In this document: one piece after another, positions 9,712 through 19,978 of the stretch
How the letters are laid out: each line of letters begins with the position of its first letter
Numbering within the stretch: the first letter of the stretch is position 1
Assembly (NCBI GenBank): GCA_963739865.1
Contig: CAVUCA010000001.1
Span: 16,748 to 80,747 of the forward strand
Length of the DNA stretch: 64,000 bases
Direction of reading: 5' to 3'
Source of the DNA: an uncultured Chloroflexia bacterium
GTDB lineage: Bacteria > Chloroflexota > Dehalococcoidia > Dehalococcoidales > UBA2162
Translations under genes and position numbers: made by a program
The notes under the pieces: generated by a model
What the model was told of the DNA's origin: nothing
The model's database searches: none
Seen by the model: the letters and a program-made list of their open reading frames with translations, nothing else

Positions 9712-10368
9712 ATGGGCTTGGAAGTTATTACTATTAGGTGGCCGATAGTGAACGGCTATCTTCTGAAGACCGGGCATAGCTTTGTCCTTATCGATTCCGG
9801 GTTTTCCTGGCAGCGCTATATCCTGCGTAGCGCCTTAAAAAAAGCCGGGTGTAATCCGGGTGATCTTAAACTCGTGGTAATAACACATGCTGATTTCGAC
9901 CATACCGGTAATTGTGCCTGGTTGCAAAAAACATATAAGGCCCCCATCGCCCTCCACCCCGCCGAAGCACCGGTGGTTGAAAAGGGATGCATGTTCCTCA
10001 ACCGTAAAAACCAGAGAGGGGCTTTATCCCGGACTGTCATTTATCTGGTCGGCTTGTTGATTTTCAGGCGCTTCAAGCCGGATATTTATCTATCCGAGGG
10101 AGAAGACCTGTCCCGTTTTGATCTGGACGCCAGGGTATATTACCTCCCCGGACATTCCCGTGGTTCGATAGGTATCATGACCGGTGAAGGTCAGTTTTTC
10201 TGTGGCGATTTGCTTACGAATGAGGGCAAGCCCGGAAAAAGTACCCTGGTCGACGATGCTTCTGAAATGGATGCCAGTATTGCAAGACTGAAAGTTTTAA
10301 GTATAAGTATTATCTTCCCGGGACACGGTTTACCTTTCACCATGGCCCAATACATCGACACGAAATAA
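9712..10368 (+). CDS. MBL-fold metallo-hydrolase
   Basis: 218 aa; VVITHADFDHTGN (HxHxDH motif), downstream His/Asp ligands (YLPGHSRGS, FPGHG). Confidence 0.8.
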   Translation: MGLEVITIRWPIVNGYLLKTGHSFVLIDSGFSWQRYILRSALKKAGCNPGDLKLVVITHADFDHTGNCAWLQKTYKAPIALHPAEAPVVEKGCMFLNRKNQRGALSRTVIYLVGLLIFRRFKPDIYLSEGEDLSRFDLDARVYYLPGHSRGSIGIMTGEGQFFCGDLLTNEGKPGKSTLVDDASEMDASIARLKVLSISIIFPGHGLPFTMAQYIDTK

Positions 10369-10490
10369 CTATCACCGGTTAATTCACTTTTTTAGCAAGA
10401 ACGGTCAAGAACCTTATTTCGTTTTCAGTTAAATTGGATACATGAGGTAAAGATACGGAAAACTGGGAAAAGATCAAAGCTGTACAGCGA

Positions 10491-11372
10491 ATGCAGGATT
10501 ATATCGAAAAACATATTACCGAACCGATTACCCTGCTTAATCTAGCCCGGGCTGCCGGTTATTCACCATGGCATTCTGCCCGGATTTTCCGGGACGTGAC
10601 CGGAAAAGCTCCTTTTGAGTATATCCGGGAACTGCGGCTGTCGTGCGCGGCCGTCAGACTCCGTGATGGTGACGACCGGATTATCGATATTGCCTTGGAT
10701 TTTGTCTTCGGCTCGCATGAGGGTTTCACCCGGGCTTTCTCGAAACAGTTCGGCATGAGTCCGCGGGAATACTCCCGGACAAGGCCGCCGATCCGCCTTT
10801 CTATGTTGGACCGGGCCCGTGATTATTACCTCAAATTACAGAAAGGAGAAATTGTTATGACGGAAAAAAAGAAACCGAATACGGTGTTCGTCCAGGTTGT
10901 CGACCGGCCGCTCCGTAAATTGATACTGAAACGCGGTACCAAAGCTACCGGATATTTTGAATACTGCGAAGAACACGGTTGCGATATCGACAGTTTTTTG
11001 GGAACCATCAAAGACGCTCTTAACGAGCCGATGGGCGTCTGGCTGCCCCAAAACCTGCAGCGTCCCGGTACCTCGACTTATGCAATGGGGGTTGAGATGC
11101 CTGCCGATTATACCGGACCGGTCCCCGATGGATATGAGATGATCGACCTTAAGCCGTGTAAAATGATGGTTTTCCAGGGTCCGCCCTTTAAGGATGAAGA
11201 GTTTATGGAAGCCGTCGGTGACCTCTGGGAAGTCATGAAGATCTACGATCCCGGAATATACGGCTTCGCCTGGGCGGATGAAGACGGGCCGCGGTTCCAA
11301 CTATCACCCCAGGGATATCGCGGTTATATCGAAGGCCGGCCTGTCCGCCAGCTCAATATCAGGAAAAAGTAA
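10491..11372 (+). CDS. AraC family transcriptional regulator with C-terminal GyrI-like effector-binding domain
   Basis: N-terminal dual HTH (LARAAGYSPWHSARIFRDVTGKAPFEYIRELRL...GFTRAFSKQFGMSPREY) followed by ~170-aa GyrI-like domain. Confidence 0.85.
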   Translation: MQDYIEKHITEPITLLNLARAAGYSPWHSARIFRDVTGKAPFEYIRELRLSCAAVRLRDGDDRIIDIALDFVFGSHEGFTRAFSKQFGMSPREYSRTRPPIRLSMLDRARDYYLKLQKGEIVMTEKKKPNTVFVQVVDRPLRKLILKRGTKATGYFEYCEEHGCDIDSFLGTIKDALNEPMGVWLPQNLQRPGTSTYAMGVEMPADYTGPVPDGYEMIDLKPCKMMVFQGPPFKDEEFMEAVGDLWEVMKIYDPGIYGFAWADEDGPRFQLSPQGYRGYIEGRPVRQLNIRKK

Positions 11373-11395
11373 AAAAGAGGTAACTCAATGTTATA

Positions 11396-11425
11396 GGAGC
11401 GGTCGCTGGACCGCTCCTTTTTTAT
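11396..11425 (+). terminator. rho-independent terminator after AraC-family gene (GGAGCGGTC-GCTG-GACCGCTCC + TTTTTTAT)
   Basis: 9-bp perfect stem 11396-11417 followed by T-tract 11418-11424. Confidence 0.6.
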
Positions 11426-13303
11426 TTCGTCACGATCTTCGCTTTACAGGCGGGGATGATAGCCTGGAGTCCGCAGGTATTGCACGGCCCGTTCCGGCAG
11501 TCATTGGTCTCTTCCGCCCTCAAAGCCCGCTGGTACTCCTCTTTCAGGAAAGCGGGACTTACACCAATATCAATATGCTCCCAGGGTAAAGGTTCATCTA
11601 GTGAACGTTCCCGGCTGGCATAAGAGTCGGGATCGATACCGCATTCGGTAAACGCTTTTTGCCAGATAGCATAGTTGAAATGCTCGCCCCAGGAATCGAA
11701 CAAAGCTCCTTGTTTCCAGGCTTGATATATCACTTTTCCTATACGCCGGTCGCCGCGTGACATCACGGCCTCTAATTGACTGACTTTCGGGTCGGACCAG
11801 GATAATCTGATCGCTTTACGGCGGACGATCTGGTGGAGGAGTTGTTGTTTAGCGGTTAATGCCTCCTCACTTTCCCGTTTTACCCATTGAAACGGAGTAT
11901 GGGGTTTGGGTATGAATGTGGAAAGGTTAACCCGGATCTGGATAGGCCGGCGGCTGACTTTCTGCCCTTCCGTAAATACTTTATTTACGAGATTGCCGAT
12001 TTCCTCAACATCCTCGTTGGTTTCCCCCGGCAGGCCGAGCATGAAATAAAGCTTGAGCCCGCCCCAGCCTTTGGAGAAAGCCGCCGTGGCTGTGGTCAAT
12101 AAATCGTTTTCTGTCACTCGCTTATTGATAGTGCGGCGCATGCGCTCGCTGCCGGCTTCGGGGGCAAAGGTTAACCCGGTCTTCCGGTGTGACGGTAAGC
12201 ATTCCATCAGGTCAACGGAGAAGCTGCCGATATACAGGCTTGGCAAAGATATCGCCAAATCGGGATATTGCTGCGTCAAACTGGTTACCAGTTTCCTGAT
12301 ATCCGAATAATCACTGCTGCTTAAAGAAACGAGGGAAATCTCATCGTAACCGCAGTTCGAAATCACTTCGCCTACTGCACTTAGTACTTCTTCGACCGGT
12401 CTTTCCCGGACCGGGCGGTAAATCGTTCCTGCCTGGCAGAAACGGCAGCCGTTGCTGCACCCTCTTTGTATCTCCACGGCCCCCCGGTCATGGACCACTT
12501 CAATGAAGGGCATGACCGGTTTGGTAACCGGCGGGGGAAGCTGGGGAATTATTCTCCGCTGGATGCGTTCTTTTGCCTCGGGAAATAAAGGTTTTATACT
12601 TTGAAAAAGTCCGTCTGCTTTATATTCGACTTGATAGAGGCTGGGCACATAGATACCGGCGATTTCAGCAAAATGCTGCAGGATATCCTGTCTTGTTTCT
12701 GTCGGTTTACCACTGTCCTTGCGGATCTACCCTGTCTCGTAGTTGCTCGACGATTTCCAGGATGACTTCTTCGCCGTCACCGATGACGAAGAAATCGATA
12801 AAATCCGCCATCGGCTCTGGATTCAATGCACCGCTCCCGCCGGCGATGATCAGGGGATGAGATGCATCCCGGTCCGACGCCATTAATGGGATTCCCGCCA
12901 GGTCCAGCATATTCAGGATATTGGTGTAGGTAAGTTCATGTCCCAGGGAAAAACCGAGGACGTCGAATTTCCGCAGCGGCGTCCTGGACTCCAAGCTGAA
13001 CAATGGTATCTTAGCTTCCCGCATTGCGGCGGCCATGTCAACCCAGGGCGCGAATACCCTTTCGGCAAGGACATCAGGCTGCCGGTTGCAGATATCATAA
13101 AGGATCGGTACTGCCATATTGGACATCCCGATCTCATAGACATCAGGATAAGCCAGTGCGATCCTGATGGGAGTTGCTTCCCAGTCCTTCTTAATGATAT
13201 TCCATTCCCCGCCGGTATACCGTGCGGGTTTATTCACCTGGTGTAAAATACGGTCGAGGTTTTTCAGTTCATTCACGGTTCGGTTATCCATCCAGTTCTG
13301 CAA
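11422..13303 (-). CDS. radical SAM protein with N-terminal B12-binding-like domain (TIGR03960-like family); frame interrupted once (~12705-12715) between ORFs 12707-13303 and 11422-12648
   Basis: N-part: GGEWNIIKKDW...IALAYPDVYEIGMSNMAVPILYD...FDVLGFSLGHELTYTNILNMLDLAGIPL...IIAGGSGALNPEP; C-part: EVVHDRGAVEIQRGCSNGCRFCQAGTIYRP (CxxxCxxC). Second frame read upstream of its first ATG gives GKPTETRQDILQHFAEIAGIYVPSLYQ, i.e. continuous protein; the two frames are offset by one nt within CCGCAAGGACAGTGG. Confidence 0.7.
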
Positions 13304-14075
13304 AATCGAACTTCATGCCATCTGTGGCCGAGATTACTTTAATTCCGGTGTCCTGGCTCAAACGTTCGGCGATTTCTTTGGGCTTGGCTTGCCACATTGT
13401 CATTCCGAAGTGGGTAAGAATAGCTGTTTTGGGTTTTAATGTTGAGATGATATATGCGGCATCAGGCACGGCAAGGTGTTCGATTGGTAGCCTCCTGTCC
13501 CCGCCGTAAAATCGCGGTTCGGTAAACAGGGTGTTGATTATCAACATCTCTGCTTGATAGTGTTCCACGATTTCTTTGAAAAACAGGGTATCGGCAATAT
13601 ATGCGAATGTATGCCTTGGTGTCCGGAAAACCATCCCGTATGTCTCCACCGGATGGGTATGCCGTACCGGCGTAGTGAATGTGACGTCGCCTATTTGATA
13701 GGATTTTTTTTCTTCCAGGACTTCAATTCCGTCCAGGCTTTTTTTAAGGTAAGAGAATAAGACGGGTTCCGGTCCGAGGGCATCTGCCGGCGCAAAAAAA
13801 TAACCATGCCGGCGGTGTCCGCCATCAGTCATGGCCTCCACCATCACATTTACATCACCGGAATGGTCCAGGTGACGGTGCGAAACAATAATCGCATTCA
13901 GCCGGTCGGCCTTAAGTTGACGCCTCGTGGATTGGACGATACAGCCGGGACCGGGATCCAATAAGATCTCATTCCCGCCCAGATTCATCCATATCCCCCC
14001 CGAAGCCAGGACCTGGCTGATAATCATAAACCGGGCGCCTCCCGTCCCCAGGAAGGTCAACGAATCTCCGGGCAA
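13284..14075 (-). CDS. MBL-fold metallo-hydrolase (beta-lactamase-like), overlaps start of downstream radical SAM gene by 20 nt
   Basis: 263 aa; LTFLGTGGARF...IIVSHRHLDHSGD (HxHxDH), ...ILTHFG; operonic with radical SAM gene. Confidence 0.75.
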   Translation of the reverse strand: MPGDSLTFLGTGGARFMIISQVLASGGIWMNLGGNEILLDPGPGCIVQSTRRQLKADRLNAIIVSHRHLDHSGDVNVMVEAMTDGGHRRHGYFFAPADALGPEPVLFSYLKKSLDGIEVLEEKKSYQIGDVTFTTPVRHTHPVETYGMVFRTPRHTFAYIADTLFFKEIVEHYQAEMLIINTLFTEPRFYGGDRRLPIEHLAVPDAAYIISTLKPKTAILTHFGMTMWQAKPKEIAERLSQDTGIKVISATDGMKFDFAELDG

Positions 14076-14121
14076 TCCGGTTTTTTCTTTATCTTTAATG
14101 TTATTCGTCCTTAACCATGAG

Positions 14122-16835
14122 TTACTTAATGATGATCCTGGCGTCTACTGCCCAGTAACCTTCGCCCTTAGCCCGTACACTGACCGGATTAAGGTCGAGT
14201 TCGGCGATTTCCGGTACGTCTTCTACCATCGCCGAAACCCGCAGCAGAAGCTCCTGTACCGCTTCCGTATCGCTCGGCGGCGCTCCCCGGTAACCGCTGA
14301 ATAATTTGGTCATTTTTAATGAACTGATCATTTCGGCGGCGTCCGAATCGGTGATGGGATGCAGTTTGAAGATAACATCCTTGAGTAATTCGGCGAAGAC
14401 ACCACCCGAACCGAACATGATCAGGGGGCCGAATGACGGGTCCTGCGTGACCCCCACGATGGTCTCGATCCCGCCGGTTACCATCCGCTGTAAGGTAACC
14501 CCGGACATCTCTTTCTCCCGGCCCAGCTTCTTCAGGTTTTTCCGGATCGTCTCGTAGGCTTCTTCTACACCGGCCTCCGAGGTTATGTTCAGGACAACGC
14601 CGCCGACATCCGTCTTGTGCGTGATGGTGGGTGATGCCAGTTTGACGGCGAGCGGGAAGCCGAGTTTTTTCGCCGCGGCCTTCGCTTCGGCAGGAGTAGT
14701 TGGCGGCGGCGATTTTTGCCTGTTGAATGCCGTAGCAATCCAGTAACTCGGCTACCTGACTGGCAGAGAGATGTACCGGCCGTTCGGTACTGTTTTTCAA
14801 TACGGTTTCCACCAATTGGCGGGCATCAGCCTTTCGTATATCTTTGAAAACCGGGATTTTTCCCATTGGTTTGCGCCGAATTTCCGAATATTCAACGGCT
14901 CTTTTGAGCGCCGAAATAGCTTCTTCCGGGAAGGTATACAGAGGGATGAAGTGCCCCTGGGCGCTAAGTTGGGCACTAATACCTTTCTGTCCGATAAAGC
15001 ATCCCAGTAAGGGTTTCTTAGCCCGCCAAAATACCGGCGCCATCCGCCGTAGATGTTTCTTCCATATCTTTTGTTTCCACCACGATCGGCGGCACGAAGA
15101 TGGTCAAAACGGCGTCGATATTGTCATCGGCGGCCAGTACTTTCAGAATTCCTTCGTACTCTTCTGCCGTTGCCCCGGCCGTGGTGTCCATGGGATTGCC
15201 CAGGTTGATATCACGCTTTAACGACGGCTTGATTTTTTCCTTGGTTTCGGCACTCAACTCGGGCACTTCCAGGCCGTTGAGTGAAGCCGCGTCCGCCGCC
15301 ATGATACCCGGGCCGCCGCCGTTGGTTACGATTGCGATTCTTCTTCCCTTGGGCAGCGGTTGGGTGGATAAAAATGTCCCCAGGTTGAAGAGTTCTTCTA
15401 CTGAATTCACCCTGATGATACCGGCATTTTGGAAGAGGACATCCGAAGCCACATTCGATGAAGCCAAAGCTCCGGTATGTGACGAGGCCGCCCGGGCGCC
15501 GGCGGCGGTCATGCCGCCTTTTACCGCAACGATCGGTTTTTTCGCCGATACCCTGCGGGCGATCCGGGTAAACCGGCTGGAATCACCGAACGACTCGATA
15601 TATAACAATATCACCTTCGTCGCCGGGTCCTGTTCCCAATACTGCAGCAGGTCATTGGATGATACATCACCGCGGTTGCCGACGCTGACGAAAGTAGATA
15701 TCCCCATATTCAGGTTCTTGGCGTGTTCCAGGATGGCCAGGCCCATGGCGCCGCTCTGGGATAGGAAAGCGACACTGCCTACCGCCGGGTATACCTGAGA
15801 GAAGGTAGCATTGAGTTTGATCGCGGGGTCGGTATTGATGACCCCCATGCAGTTCGGGCCGATCAGGCGCATCCCGTAACTGAGGATGATGCTCCGGAGT
15901 TCCTCTTCTTTGGCTAGCCCTTCCGCACCACGCTCTCTGAAACCATCCGATATCACGATCAGGGCGCGAACTCCCTTCCGCCCGCATTCGTCAGCAACCT
16001 TGGGCACGATGGCTGCCGGGACCGCGATAATGGCCATATCCACTTTATCGGGAATATCCAGTACCGAGGGATACGATTTTACGGAGAGGACCGAATTGGT
16101 ATTGGGGTTAACCGGATAAACCGTCCCGGAAAAGCCGTTATATAAGATACAGCGCATCAACAGGTTGCCGATCGTGCCGGGATTACGTGCCGCCCCGATG
16201 ATGGCCACCGATTTCGGGTTGAGTATCGGTTGTAACGAAGTGACGATGGCATCACGGTCACGTTCCGCCTGCTTCGCATCGGCTTCCTTGGTTTGTTTGA
16301 TCGGGAAGGTGATATGGAATTCACCGGCTTGCAGTTCGCTGGACATATGGAAGCCATAGTCCAGGAATGCTCCCATCAGATATGTATTCTGGCCTAAGAC
16401 GTAGGCTTCGAAAGTGGAAATATCATTTTTCCGGGCTGTGTCCACCAGGGCATCGATGAGTAAAGTAACCAGGCCGGCATGCTGGTAAGCATCTTCGACG
16501 GCAAAAGCTACTTCCGCCGAACTCTTATTAGGTAAACGGTAATAATGTGCCACAGCGATGATTTTCCGGTCCTGCCGGGTCCCGGTTTCCGCCACGTACG
16601 AAAAAGAGTTCCGGTAATCTACGGTACAATAACGGAGGGCATCGCCTTCGGTCATTTCTTTCTTAATCGTATGAAAACGGAAGTACCTGGTTTTCTCACT
16701 CAACCGTGAAATAAATGACAGCCATAAAGGCACGTCGCTTTTTTCAGTAGCTCGCAATAATACTTTCCGCCCGTCCTTGAGGATCTCTTCGCGGCGGTAC
16801 TTTATCAGGTCTTGGGTGATTTGTGCTTCAACCAT
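14122..16835 (-). CDS. GNAT acetyltransferase fused to ADP-forming acyl-CoA synthetase (Pat/AcuA-like protein lysine acetyltransferase architecture, alpha+beta ATP-grasp); frame interrupted twice (ORFs 15018-16835, 14189-15043, 14122-14508)
   Basis: N-term GNAT (…RYFRFHTIKK…AFAVEDAYQHAGLVTLL), then CoA-binding/ligase-CoA domains (KSVAIIGAAR…GPNCMGVINT…VSVGNRGDVS…), then ATP-grasp region (AAKKLGFPLAVKLASPTITHKTDVGGVVLNI in third frame, …GPLIMFGSGGVFAELLKD…). Shifts near 15040 and near 14700 (GCC repeat / T5 run); out-of-frame tail of ORF 14189-15043 is Arg-rich junk. Confidence 0.65.
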
Positions 16836-17051
16836 TAGGCGCTAACCTCCATGTATAACTTTTATCAGTCTAAAACCGCCTCCATTGAATGTCAACCTAT
16901 CCCGTCTGTTTTGATAATAAACAGGTTCCTTAATTCCTTCCGCAGAATTTTTATATGTCTTCACTGCGGGTCACCTCTAGTATAATGTTTTTGACCTCAT
17001 GCCTGTCCTCAGTTAAAATGTGACCGGTATCTATTCGAGGAGCTTGTATTG

Positions 17052-17531
17052 ATGACAGAACAATTATGGGCGCCCTGGCGGGTCGAATATATCCAGGCAA
17101 AGAAACCCGAAGGCTGTATTCTGTGTGAAAAACCGAAAGAGGAATGTGATGAAGCAAACTATCTCCTGTTCCGGGGAAAGTACAATTATATAATTATGAA
17201 CAGCTTCCCGTACAATCCCGGGCACCTGATGGTAGCGCCATACCGGCATACGGCTACTCCGGAAGATTTAACAACCGAAGAATTACATGAACACACCGAG
17301 TTGTTATGCCGTTGTCTCAAACTGCTTCGTGAAATATACAATCCCAACGGGTTTAATACGGGGATGAATATCGGTAAAATTGCCGGTGCGGGTATTGATG
17401 GGCATATCCATACCCATATCGTCCCACGCTGGCAGGGCGATACCAATTTCATGCCGGTCATCGGTGATACCCGGGTGATTCCGCAGGCGTTAAACGAAAC
17501 TTATAAAAAGTTGAAAGAACACCTGAGGTAA
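17052..17531 (+). CDS. HIT family (histidine triad) hydrolase
   Basis: MTEQLWAPWRVEYI…CILC…NYIIMNSFPYNPGHLMVAPYRH…GIDGHIHTHIVPRWQGD (HxHxHxx); ATG 17052 with SD GAGGAG upstream. Confidence 0.85.
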   Translation: MTEQLWAPWRVEYIQAKKPEGCILCEKPKEECDEANYLLFRGKYNYIIMNSFPYNPGHLMVAPYRHTATPEDLTTEELHEHTELLCRCLKLLREIYNPNGFNTGMNIGKIAGAGIDGHIHTHIVPRWQGDTNFMPVIGDTRVIPQALNETYKKLKEHLR

Positions 17532-17577
17532 ACCCGTTTATAATAAAGCGGCTCAGGTTATTCAGGAGGGGATAAAC

Positions 17578-18039
17578 ATGACCAAAGAGAATTCTATCAG
17601 TTCCTGGAAAGTGACCCAGGTCGGCGTTGTGGTAAAAGATGCGGAAAAAGTAGCGCAAAGATTGACTGAATTAGGGTTCGGCCCTTTCGAAACCATGAAA
17701 CTACCGCCCGACCGGCAGGAGTTATTCCGGGGCAAACCTGCCTTAGCCGATGCCAAAATCATGGGGGCCCCGTTCGGCGGTTTACAGATCGAGCTGGTAC
17801 AGCCGTTAGCGAAAGAGTCGCCCCATCGCGAATACCTTAACAGTAAGGGCGAAGGCATTCAACATGTCCTGATAACCGTTGATGATATCGAAAAAGAGAT
17901 CAAGCGGTTGACTGACAAGGGTTGTACCGTGCTCCTTGATATACGCATGCCCGGAGGACGCCATGGCGCCTATATCGACCTGAATGCCGGAGGGATTATC
18001 CTGGAGATGTTCGAGCAGGGGCCGGGGCCGCAAAAGTAA
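17578..18039 (+). CDS. VOC family protein (glyoxalase/bleomycin-resistance/dioxygenase fold)
   Basis: 153 aa, paired bab bbb modules (VTQVGVVVKDAEKVAQRLTELGF… GIQHVLITVDDIEKEIKRLTDKG); SD CAGGAGGGG upstream. Confidence 0.8.
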   Translation: MTKENSISSWKVTQVGVVVKDAEKVAQRLTELGFGPFETMKLPPDRQELFRGKPALADAKIMGAPFGGLQIELVQPLAKESPHREYLNSKGEGIQHVLITVDDIEKEIKRLTDKGCTVLLDIRMPGGRHGAYIDLNAGGIILEMFEQGPGPQK

Positions 18040-18066
18040 AGCTGTGGTCAGGTTAGTAAGGAAACG

Positions 18067-18822
18067 ATGATGAAACTCGAGGGTAAGGTGGCGTTGATCA
18101 CCGGGGCAGGTACCGGCATCGGCCAGGCCATTGCCGCCCTGTTTGCCAGGGAAGGCGCCGACATTGCGGTTAACGATATCGATATGCCTTCCGCGGAAGC
18201 AACTGCCGCCCGCATCAGGCGCCTGGGACGCAAAGCTATCAGTGTGGTAGCTGATGTTTCCAACGCCGGCCAGGTAGGGGCAATGGTGTCCCGGGTTATT
18301 GAAGAAATGGGCGGCGTTCATATCCTGGTCAATAATGCCGGCGTCCCGGAATACGGTACAATGATCGAGGAACAAACCGCAGAACGCTGGGACCGGGTGA
18401 TCGCCGTCATTTTACGCGGTACTTATTTGTGCAGCCGTCGTGCCGGCCAATGGATGTCCAGCAATGGTGGGGGATGGATCCTCAATATATCTTCCGCCGC
18501 TGGAATTTCCGGCTCATCGCATGTACCCGGGTACAGCGCCGCGAAAGCCGGGGTAATTAATCTCACCCGTTCGCTGGCAGCCGATTGGGGTAAATATAAG
18601 ATCAATGTAAATTGCATTGCCCCGGGTATTATTGACACCCCGACCACCCGGCGGACCATCTCTGCATGGTGGACCCCGGAACAGGTAAACCGGCGGATCC
18701 CCCTGGGCAGGGTGGGAGAAGTTGAAGACGTAGCTAATGCGGCTTTATTCCTGGTGTCCGCTGAGGCCGGTTACATCACGGGAATAACACTGCCGGTGGA
18801 CGGCGGTTGGTTGACTGATTGA
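18067..18822 (+). CDS. SDR family oxidoreductase (FabG-like 3-oxoacyl reductase type)
   Basis: KVALITGAGTGIGQAIA (TGxxxGxG), NNAG, catalytic S…YxxxK (SSAAGISGSSHVPGYSAAKAG), PG motif IAPGIIDTP. Confidence 0.9.
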   Translation: MMKLEGKVALITGAGTGIGQAIAALFAREGADIAVNDIDMPSAEATAARIRRLGRKAISVVADVSNAGQVGAMVSRVIEEMGGVHILVNNAGVPEYGTMIEEQTAERWDRVIAVILRGTYLCSRRAGQWMSSNGGGWILNISSAAGISGSSHVPGYSAAKAGVINLTRSLAADWGKYKINVNCIAPGIIDTPTTRRTISAWWTPEQVNRRIPLGRVGEVEDVANAALFLVSAEAGYITGITLPVDGGWLTD

Positions 18823-18845
18823 AAGAAAGACGAAAGATAAGGATA

Positions 18846-18918
18846 TGCCCCCAATGGAATTCGAATCCATGTCTACACCTTGAAAGGGTGTCGTCCTAGG
18901 CCTCTAGACCATGGGGGC
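18846..18918 (-). tRNA. tRNA-Glu (anticodon UUC), CCA not encoded
   Basis: Minus-strand sequence GCCCCCA-TG-GTCTAGAGGCCTAGGAC-G-ACACC-CTTTCAA-GGTGT-AGAC-ATGGA-TTCGAAT-TCCAT-TGGGGGC-A folds into canonical cloverleaf: 7-bp acceptor, D-arm like E. coli tRNA-Glu, anticodon loop CTTTCAA (TTC), T-loop TTCGAAT. Confidence 0.85.
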
Positions 18919-18940
18919 GCGATTTAGAAGTATAACAAAG

Positions 18941-19564
18941 ATGACAGTACCGGGCAACTCCCAGATGAAAACCTCTCCGGAAAACAATAAGGATACTCCA
19001 AAAAAATCCGGGGTATTGAAGAAGTTTATTGTCCCGGCAATAACCATTTTACTGGTTATCGTGATTTCGGTGGTATTATTTGTCTATCGGCACGAGATCG
19101 AGGGCCTGAAAGAATACGCCTATCTGGGTGTTTTTGTCGTTAGCCTGCTCAGCAGTGCCACCGTCGTTGTTCCCGTACCCGGGGTGGCGGTATTTATCCC
19201 TCTTTTAGCCACGCTTAATCCGGTAATGGTCGGCGTCATCGGTGCCGCCGGCAGTATCATCGGCGAACTTACCGGTTATGCCGCCGGTTACAGCAGCCGG
19301 GACCTGGCGAGTAAAGGCAAGTTTTATCAGCGGGTTGAAAAGTGGATGCAAAAACGCGGCAGCCTGATCATTTTCCTGTTTTCTTTTCTCCCAGTCTTAC
19401 CCCTGGATGTGGCCGGCATCGTTGCCGGGGCGCTGCACTATCCGTTGTGGAAATTCATGCTGATAGCCTGGATCGGCAAGACGTTAAAGTATATTGCCTT
19501 AATGGTCGGGGCAGCCTGGGGCGTACAGTGGCTGATGCCCTGGATAAACCGCTTTATGGGTTAG
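18941..19564 (+). CDS. DedA/VTT (SNARE-associated) family membrane protein
   Basis: Multi-TM protein with DedA signature …FLPVLPLDVAGIVAGALHYPLWKFML…; ORF-track start 18911 would overlap the tRNA, so first ATG clear of tRNA (18941) chosen; 18965 also possible. Confidence 0.7.
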   Translation: MTVPGNSQMKTSPENNKDTPKKSGVLKKFIVPAITILLVIVISVVLFVYRHEIEGLKEYAYLGVFVVSLLSSATVVVPVPGVAVFIPLLATLNPVMVGVIGAAGSIIGELTGYAAGYSSRDLASKGKFYQRVEKWMQKRGSLIIFLFSFLPVLPLDVAGIVAGALHYPLWKFMLIAWIGKTLKYIALMVGAAWGVQWLMPWINRFMG

Positions 19565-19613
19565 CAGGATAATGTCTTCAGTTGACGAAATTCCGTCACC
19601 GCCCCGGCAATCA

Positions 19614-19967
19614 TTACGGGAAATAGACCATATCCAGGAATTCTTTTTCCTCGATGATCTTGTTGAGTTCTTCCCGTTCGCCAGGGTCTGATATCGGTTC
19701 GACTTCCGAATACGTTGCCCCGTCTCTCTCTGCGGTGTGCCAGCCTTTGATATAACCCGGAACCGAGGCATATACCCAATTACCGGCGCCGCAGCAGGAA
19801 TTTTCCAGTACGGCTTTCCCGGTCAGATAGAGTATTTCCCGGCCTTTATAGGGCATCCTGACTTCTTTGAACATCACATAATAACCGGCAATCCCGATCA
19901 GGATTTCCTTCCCCGGTTCCAGGTGCTTAAATTCTACGGTTGTGTTTTGTGCTGTGCCGGACGGCAT
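19614..19967 (-). CDS. hypothetical protein (117 aa, CC-G-A-G-N-W motif), translationally coupled downstream of NifU-like gene
   Basis: ATG 19967 with SD AAGGTGA; 11-nt gap after upstream gene stop; no family recognised. Confidence 0.55.
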   Translation of the reverse strand: MPSGTAQNTTVEFKHLEPGKEILIGIAGYYVMFKEVRMPYKGREILYLTGKAVLENSCCGAGNWVYASVPGYIKGWHTAERDGATYSEVEPISDPGEREELNKIIEEKEFLDMVYFP

Positions 19968-19978
19968 CGGATATCACC

